From Bacteroidota bacterium (GTDB lineage Bacteria > Bacteroidota > Bacteroidia > B-17B0 > Aurantibacillaceae), in contig JBKCIQ010000091.1 in assembly GCA_046302135.1 (NCBI GenBank), positions 92-64,091 of the forward strand: a DNA stretch of 64,000 bases, written 5' to 3'. The notes beneath the pieces are model-generated. The model was not told the origin of the DNA. It searched no databases and was given only the letters and a program-made list of their open reading frames with translations. Position numbers and translations under genes: made by a program. Positions within the stretch are counted from its first letter, which is position 1. Every line of letters starts with the position of its first letter. Positions 58,007-64,000 of this stretch are shown here, one piece after another.

Positions 58007-58660
58007 TCACTTTTTTACCAATATCTGGTCAAATATATAATTGATCTCGATGCATTGTTCGGTTATTTCATTTAGTTGATCGAGCCATTCATTTATCTTT
58101 ATTTGCCATACGTCATCACCACGCTCTCTAAGCACATCTGCTTTTATGTTACGATAAAGTTTTTCTCCCGATTTGTTGTAGAAACTTATTTTATCAGTAG
58201 AGGATTTTATCATATGTCTCGATACAGGCTTCTGAAGATGTTTAAAACATATACAGATTGAACAGATACTTTCATGTATAGAGCAGCAAAGGGCAATCAT
58301 TGGTTCTGTACCTTTAAAATCTTCGAAAAGAAAGTCAATTGTGTTACAGGCTTCCATAATTCGCTCTGCGATTCGTTCTGAAGTTTTGGCGATAGCAACA
58401 ATATCTTCACGGCTGATATCTGTAAGGAAATTGTGGTCGAGTCCGGATATAATATTTAAAGACAAGGAATGTACTTTCTTTTCGAGTTCTTGAACTCGTA
58501 CAGTTAAGGCGCGTCTTTCTATTTTGGAATTCGTTCCGGAAAGCGACAGAAGGAGTTGAGACATTTCTTGTAAATGTGCCAATAGTATATCCAAACGATT
58601 CAGAAATTTTTTATCCGTTGAAAAGAAAAACCTGTTAAATAACTCTGCTAGATAACTCAT
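58007..58660 (-). CDS. DUF47 (PhoU-like, TIGR00153-type) protein, Cys-rich variant
   Basis: FFFSTDKKFLNRLDILLAHLQEMSQLL and NFLTDISREDIVAIAKTSERIAERI align with DUF47 helices. The segment CCSIHESICSICICFKH is unusual. Confidence 0.55.
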   Translation of the reverse strand: MSYLAELFNRFFFSTDKKFLNRLDILLAHLQEMSQLLLSLSGTNSKIERRALTVRVQELEKKVHSLSLNIISGLDHNFLTDISREDIVAIAKTSERIAERIMEACNTIDFLFEDFKGTEPMIALCCSIHESICSICICFKHLQKPVSRHMIKSSTDKISFYNKSGEKLYRNIKADVLRERGDDVWQIKINEWLDQLNEITEQCIEINYIFDQILVKK

Positions 58661-58937
58661 TCTGCATTTTAATGAATTGAATCAACTCTTGGTGAAAGGA
58701 TAAATATTTAAAAATCCAAAAGGAACCAACCAATTCGCACCGGAACAAAAGCATAGGCCGGACGTTGATGGTTGTTTCCTTTCAATCAATAACCCAAAAA
58801 TAATTTCATTTTTTAGTGATTGAGTTAATGTAAGGTTAAGATTACATTCTTTTAGTGTTAATGATGTTTTTATAACTAAAAAATCAAATATTCTTAAAAT
58901 AAGTAAACTGCAAATAAATTTTCTTTGCAGAAAAAAA

Positions 58938-59300
58938 ATGGTTTTACCTCTTATACTCATAATCGAAAACAAAAACAAAGTGTCTGAGACACTTAAAAAC
59001 AATTTGTTTTTTGAAGGCTATGATTTTTTATCTCTAACAGAAAATAATGAGCTCAAAAGAGTTGTATTGTCTTTATTGCCCGAAATAATTGTTATGGAAA
59101 GTGATTTGCTTAGAGAAACCATGCCGGTAGTAAAGTCAATAATCAGCCAAACAGATTACCATCCCCGGTTACTTACTTTTGATGCTGTGTCAAATCTTTT
59201 TTCAGTTGTGGAAATCTTTACAGGGTACCATATAGCGGATCATCACTTTGAAGTGTGTGAGCTCAGGGATTTTACAAATCGTGTGGTGAGTTTGAATTAA
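58938..59300 (+). CDS. hypothetical protein, possibly a degenerate receiver-like domain
   Basis: LILIIENKNKV...PEIIVMESDL loosely resembles a REC domain, with Asp positions replaced. The call is weak. Confidence 0.4.
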   Translation: MVLPLILIIENKNKVSETLKNNLFFEGYDFLSLTENNELKRVVLSLLPEIIVMESDLLRETMPVVKSIISQTDYHPRLLTFDAVSNLFSVVEIFTGYHIADHHFEVCELRDFTNRVVSLN

Positions 59301-59390
59301 CCTTGCCGGCAAAGGGAGAGCTTTTTTAATTTGTATACTACCTTTTGTTGTTTATTTTATTATGACGTCCTGATCAGGATTCTTTTGACT

Positions 59391-59957
59391 TTATCGTTTT
59401 GCGATACAATAAACATAGCCATCAAATTTTCTTGAATAAAAATGAACCTGTTTGTGAATGCTGTCAATTTTAATTATAGGTAATGGTTCCCATTTGGTTG
59501 AATCTTTCATGTCCGTAAGCATATTCGAGAAATTATCAATTTTTATGCGATAAGGTTTGTACTGTTGTACGGAATTAAACAAGTTGACATTTTCAAATGG
59601 AAACTTTACCAATGCATCTTTTAGTAATTCGTTTATGCTGCATTTAAAAAACGCAATCCCATTCTGGTTGTTATTAATTACAACATTAGGAATGTCACCG
59701 GAATGGACAAAGTAATATTCTCGGAATATTGTTTCATTGCTTAGGCAAGAAAGAGGACTAAAAACAATACTTCCTTCCGTTAAAACATAGTTTTGAGTGT
59801 TAGTATTGTAAGCTCTGGGAACGGAAAAAGTTATTTCGCATCCCGAAGACTGGATTTGAACAACTTTATCAGTTGTTAGTGGATAATCAGGTTTTGATTT
59901 CTTGCATGATTGAAGAAAAATAAAAAAACCACAAATGATATAAAAAAAATTCTTCAT
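59391..59957 (-). CDS. hypothetical lipoprotein, last gene of the caspase-like operon
   Basis: Signal peptide with lipobox-like FIFLQSC. It is ATGA-coupled to the upstream gene at 59954-59957. Confidence 0.6.
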   Translation of the reverse strand: MKNFFYIICGFFIFLQSCKKSKPDYPLTTDKVVQIQSSGCEITFSVPRAYNTNTQNYVLTEGSIVFSPLSCLSNETIFREYYFVHSGDIPNVVINNNQNGIAFFKCSINELLKDALVKFPFENVNLFNSVQQYKPYRIKIDNFSNMLTDMKDSTKWEPLPIIKIDSIHKQVHFYSRKFDGYVYCIAKR

Positions 59958-61402
59958 TGTTTTATTCTGTAAATATCAAAATTGATTTGGCCATTAATAC
60001 CGTAAAAATAGCGGTAGTAGCCATTTCTGTCCGGTGCGTAAATTGTGCGTTCTCCAATTACCCCTAAAGAAAAACGATTGATCTTATAAGTTATTCCGGC
60101 ACATATCATTGGCAGAATGCGTCTCACCTCAGAGGTAAAACTATTCCAATGACGAATAGTCCAGTTAATTCGAATACCAGCATTAAGAGTAAAATAGTTT
60201 GGTTTATTTCCTCTTATTAATCGGTAGCCGATTTTGTGCTCTTGGGTAATTGATGAATATTCATTCACAAGACTAAGTCTTTCTTCAAAAAGATCAACAT
60301 TAGCTGGATTATTGCTTAAAAACAGGTAATATGTGTTATCAAATACTTTCACGGCTCCTTCATATTTCAAATGAAAAAACCTGTAGCTTATTGCGTTCCT
60401 GACAAACCAACGCCTTGATTGCCGAATAGATTTTTCATAATAAACGGATAAAGTCGGACTCAAAGAAGTTTGTTTTGCTTTTTTTCTGACCTCCACCATT
60501 ACAAATCCATAATAAAAATAACCGTCTTCAAAAGTAGCATCATTATTAAAAGAATACTCAACATCAGAAACGTTATATCCGGTTACGGTATCTTTAGCGA
60601 TTTCCAAGCCACCATCAATCGGACGTTCAAATGAAATTCCAAGCGTAGCCGGAGCAACGTAGGCCTGTTCTGTCACCTTTGTGCCTGTATTTGATTTAGT
60701 CAGAGGAATTTTTTTAGATGCCTGATAACTTAGGACATTATATTTCAATGTACAGTAAGACGTATTTGTGTAAGAGTGTATGAGTGAATTTAAGGGCATT
60801 AATGTTCGGTCGTGGTAAAAACTTATACCCAAATGACGAAAATTTATCCCAAACCCTAACGAAAGAGTGTTAACGGAAGAAAAAGTTTTTTTCAACCAGT
60901 TTTCATAATTAGAATAATTGTAAGCCAGAGAAATTGAACTAATATTATCAAATTTGTTATAGTAATAGTGGTATCTGGTAATGCCTGCGAAAACAAATGG
61001 CTGTAACAATTTATTAGAAAAAAATTCTCGCCCGCAGTACAATCTTGTGCTCAGATGGCGCTGAACGAATTCGGAGGGCTTTGCAATGTTAGGCAGCGCA
61101 CCCGATGGCTGAATGTCCTCTTGTTTATATCTTATTTCAGAATAGGACTCCCGTAGCCCGATAATCCAGCCGTTTTTTTGAAAATATTCCAAATATAAAG
61201 CAGGGGCACTAGCCTTTACATCACTTTTAAAACCCGTCATGTAAAACTGATTTCCGTAGTAGTAGTTCGTATCAATATTTATTACATCATTACTGATTTT
61301 TACTGAATTCAATAATGAGTATTCTCCACCGAAAACTAACTGCTGTTGAAAAATTTGTTTTGAAATCAAAAACAATAATATGATTGTGGCAATCTTTTTC
61401 AC
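59954..61402 (-). CDS. hypothetical outer-membrane beta-barrel-like protein
   Basis: Signal peptide. The protein is rich in Tyr/Phe/Asn with alternating-hydrophobicity stretches (GISFYHD, LGFGINF, FTLNAGIRINW, GINGQINFDIY). It has 4-nt overlaps on both sides. Confidence 0.65.
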   Translation of the reverse strand: MKKIATIILLFLISKQIFQQQLVFGGEYSLLNSVKISNDVINIDTNYYYGNQFYMTGFKSDVKASAPALYLEYFQKNGWIIGLRESYSEIRYKQEDIQPSGALPNIAKPSEFVQRHLSTRLYCGREFFSNKLLQPFVFAGITRYHYYYNKFDNISSISLAYNYSNYENWLKKTFSSVNTLSLGFGINFRHLGISFYHDRTLMPLNSLIHSYTNTSYCTLKYNVLSYQASKKIPLTKSNTGTKVTEQAYVAPATLGISFERPIDGGLEIAKDTVTGYNVSDVEYSFNNDATFEDGYFYYGFVMVEVRKKAKQTSLSPTLSVYYEKSIRQSRRWFVRNAISYRFFHLKYEGAVKVFDNTYYLFLSNNPANVDLFEERLSLVNEYSSITQEHKIGYRLIRGNKPNYFTLNAGIRINWTIRHWNSFTSEVRRILPMICAGITYKINRFSLGVIGERTIYAPDRNGYYRYFYGINGQINFDIYRIKQ

Positions 61403-64000
61403 TTGATAAAAAAGTCGTTATAAATATTCTCGCTTCTTGATGTTGGAATTTGAAGGCCGTTTGACACTCGCTTTACTTCACCGGTAAGATACTCTTGCAA
61501 TTCGCTTAAAAATATTTTTCCGTCCTTATTGATATCGGCTATACGCTTTTTCATTCCATTCAAAAGACAATATGTAAAAATTCCGTTATTCCATTTTTCG
61601 CCTTCTATTGCATATTCAGCACCGCCCGCAGATGAAATCACTGTAACACCGTTGTTGTTTCTCAAGTCGGTGAAAATCATTTTTGAAAACTCAAGTGATT
61701 TTTTTAGTCCAACCGCGCCCTCTTTTGAAACAACGCCCCCCTTTATCGAACGAAATACAAGCTTGCCCTCGTTAATATAAGTTTCTTCAGATCTAATTAC
61801 ATCATCCTTGTCGAGTTCACCAGAATGACAGGCATCGATAAAAAAAACTTTAGAACGAGCGGGAATTTTTTCAATAGCATGGAGCAGACTGTCATATGAA
61901 ATTCCTTTCTTCGAAGGAGAAATAAAGTTAACCTCTGTGGTGCTTAAAAAATAATTTAAGTTAGCATCCAGAATCCCGTGACCGGCAAAAAAAACTATTA
62001 CATGATCATCAACTGAGATGTTATTCAGTTTTTCAATAGCCGACATAACGGAGGCGCTTGTTACTTCTTCATTGATTATTGTTTTAGTATGAATTTTTTT
62101 GAATGCCCTGTTTTTTTTAAAAAAGGAAGCGACATCCAAAGCGTCTTTTCCTGCGTACTTTAAATCAAATTCTTTTTGGTTGAACTTTCCTGAGCCAATA
62201 GTAAGCACATATAAATTGGGTTTTTCTGAGCTTGTCTGTTCAACGAAAAATCCTTCTTTGAACGAACTTATACCGAACGAATTTGTTGCAAAAATCTGAA
62301 TAAAGTTGTTGCCTTGACTGAGTTGTATCGAAACAGAATCGGCAACTTGTTTTTTACCTTGATAATTTTTCTCCCTGTAACTGACTCCGTTAATGAGGAC
62401 GTTTATTTTAGTTATCCCGCGCAAAGAGTCGGAAGCGCTGAAGGAAAGTAGATATTTTTTTTTGTTGGTGGATTTAATTTTTTCGGATTCAATTTTTAAC
62501 TCCGGTATCGATTTAACATCGCTCTTAATATTATCTTCTCTCAGACCCAGCCATTTGATTCGTTTACTGTAAGCCAACTTAAAAAGTTGCAATTCCTGCT
62601 CGCCTGCAAAAGGCAGTCTTGACAACACTTTTTCTGGGCGGTTATAAATAATGTCAAATTGATCAAACGGGTACACACAAAGTCCTTTTCTAAATCCGAC
62701 ATTTTGAACACTTCCTTTTGAACTGTAATAGAAATTTTCCGGTGACAAATAGAGAAAATCTTTCTCATAACTCAATAATGTTACAATTTCTTTTCCGTCT
62801 TTTAGGGTCCATATTTTTAAAGACCCGTCTTCAGAGGAGGAATATAGTAGGTCGTTCTCTTCATCTATTCTCAAACAACTTATTTTGTCATCGTGTGCAT
62901 TTACAACGCTGAATTTCAGGCGTATTTCATTTGCGCCCTCGTTTTTATACCACTCCAATGAGTTCAAGTTTGCTTTAATAAGAATCTCACCGGATTTTGT
63001 TGTTACGGCCTGGGGCTCTCCTCCTTTCAAACTGATTTTTTCATCAAAGACGCCGTATTTCCTTAATGGCTTTAATTCAATTTCATTTTTATATACCAAC
63101 CATCTGCCGATATATTCAGTCGGACGTTTGAAATATCCGTCTTCTACGGACCCATGCAGGATGGATAACTCGGTTATGGAATCACTCAACATACGAACAT
63201 TTTTTACATATGTCATCTCATAAATAACCGGAGTCGGTATTTGTCCGATATTGATTTCATTGGTTTCTAAGTTCCAGTGTTGTAATTTACCGTTGCTGCT
63301 TACTATAGCCAGTTTTTTATTATCAGAACTTAGATTAAAAGTTGTGATGTTACCAGATGAATTTCTAAAGCAATGAATCGGGCGAAAGGATTGCATATCC
63401 CAAAGAATAATTTCTTCGGAACTGCAGGTCGCAAAATATTTTTCATCCGGACTAACGGTAATATCATTGACTGTGGTCTCATGATGATTAATGAATTGTA
63501 ATATTTTACAATTTTTTGAGTTGTAAATTTTAATTTTCCCACCGTCATACCCAACTATTAAAAAATTTGGAGACACATCCGCAGATGAAATAATCTCGAA
63601 TTGCGATTTCCTGCCTAATGTAAAAGGATGCCCATAAAGTTTTAGATTTATATCGGTGCTTATTTTTTTCACTTGAATTATTTCCTCATTAACATAGTAT
63701 GACAAACCTTCTTTACAGTTTAACAAGAGTGTTTTGTGTTTCATTAAACTTATTATTTTTTTTTCGGGAGCTTTAAATGTTGGCAACGCAACAATCCCCT
63801 TTTCGGTATTGGGTGTTGGGCTCGAAAAGCCACAATTTAAAATAGTATTAGAAATAAAAATGCTGTCACCATACGGCTGTGCAATAAAACCTATTGGTAG
63901 TGTGTGGCGGAATATTTCTTTGAGGGTTAATTTGTTTAGTCCGACATAAGAACCATAGGTAGTATAAATTAAATTTCCCTTAAAGTCTTCAAAGCAAGCG
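61399..64000 (-). CDS. WD40-repeat / caspase-like (peptidase C14) / EF-hand-like protein (5-prime end outside window)
   Basis: The frame stays open upstream of the listed TTG (63786) to the window edge. WD40-like repeats are present (DGGKIKIYNSKNCK, EEIILWDM, DGSLKIWTLKDGKE). The caspase dyad is VIVFFAGHG (His 61978-61980) and VFFIDACHSGE (Cys 61828-61830). The C-terminus DINKDGKIFLSELQEY is EF-hand-like. Confidence 0.85.
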   Translation of the reverse strand, partial: ACFEDFKGNLIYTTYGSYVGLNKLTLKEIFRHTLPIGFIAQPYGDSIFISNTILNCGFSSPTPNTEKGIVALPTFKAPEKKIISLMKHKTLLLNCKEGLSYYVNEEIIQVKKISTDINLKLYGHPFTLGRKSQFEIISSADVSPNFLIVGYDGGKIKIYNSKNCKILQFINHHETTVNDITVSPDEKYFATCSSEEIILWDMQSFRPIHCFRNSSGNITTFNLSSDNKKLAIVSSNGKLQHWNLETNEINIGQIPTPVIYEMTYVKNVRMLSDSITELSILHGSVEDGYFKRPTEYIGRWLVYKNEIELKPLRKYGVFDEKISLKGGEPQAVTTKSGEILIKANLNSLEWYKNEGANEIRLKFSVVNAHDDKISCLRIDEENDLLYSSSEDGSLKIWTLKDGKEIVTLLSYEKDFLYLSPENFYYSSKGSVQNVGFRKGLCVYPFDQFDIIYNRPEKVLSRLPFAGEQELQLFKLAYSKRIKWLGLREDNIKSDVKSIPELKIESEKIKSTNKKKYLLSFSASDSLRGITKINVLINGVSYREKNYQGKKQVADSVSIQLSQGNNFIQIFATNSFGISSFKEGFFVEQTSSEKPNLYVLTIGSGKFNQKEFDLKYAGKDALDVASFFKKNRAFKKIHTKTIINEEVTSASVMSAIEKLNNISVDDHVIVFFAGHGILDANLNYFLSTTEVNFISPSKKGISYDSLLHAIEKIPARSKVFFIDACHSGELDKDDVIRSEETYINEGKLVFRSIKGGVVSKEGAVGLKKSLEFSKMIFTDLRNNNGVTVISSAGGAEYAIEGEKWNNGIFTYCLLNGMKKRIADINKDGKIFLSELQEYLTGEVKRVSNGLQIPTSRSENIYNDFFIK

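Noticed and set aside
58682-59002. 106-aa minus-strand ORF in the DUF47/receiver-like spacer
   Set aside because: It overlaps the start of the plus-strand gene and spans the promoter region of both divergent genes. It has no motifs and low-complexity Leu/Phe/Ile content.
1-64000. Window-wide look for tRNA/rRNA/tmRNA/RNase P RNA signatures, transposases, integrases, phage genes and toxin-antitoxin pairs
   Set aside because: I saw no T-loop/acceptor-like GGTTCGAAT-type motifs, no rRNA-like conserved stretches, and no DDE or tyrosine-recombinase-like ORFs. The search was by eye only, so small RNAs could be missed.

Overview
This is a 64-kb chromosomal segment from an AT-rich Bacteroidota-type genome. 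Supporting signs are type A and type B T9SS C-terminal sorting domains, a PorP/SprF gene, TAnnTTTG -7 promoter motifs, almost no Shine-Dalgarno sequences, and many ATGA-coupled gene junctions. I count about 55 protein-coding genes. I saw no tRNA, rRNA, CRISPR array, transposase or integrase. Housekeeping genes recognised from motifs are mnmG, purD, rng, an HU-like gene, mutY, gmk, rpiB, nadA, rnpA, etfBA, tatC, an S41 protease, a PLP dehydratase, an RRM protein and a desaturase. They are interleaved with accessory envelope and secreted genes: a thioester alpha-2-macroglobulin, two large repeat-rich T9SS cargos, orphan signal-peptide proteins and a VWD/GDPH protein. The strongest candidates for undescribed biology are as follows. 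(1) 59391-64000(-): a WD40 / caspase-like (His-Cys dyad) / EF-hand-like protein translationally coupled to a beta-barrel-like protein and a lipoprotein. (2) 38021-45677(+): a propeller-GAF-PAS-PP2C sensor followed by four tightly coupled genes, namely a YidD-like protein, two paralogous membrane proteins, and a CxxCH plus PHM/DBH-like copper-monooxygenase-like protein. (3) nadA appears fused into an operon with a MORN-repeat protein and a PAS-HK/LytTR pair. Smaller anomalies are an in-frame TGA splitting an S1 protease-TPR gene, an unlisted 29-aa polybasic peptide gene, an rnpA whose conserved N-terminus has no canonical start codon, a histone-H1-like Lys-rich tail on a HemD-like protein, and a GC-rich candidate structured RNA. 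All family assignments come from motif recognition by eye, and no searches were run.
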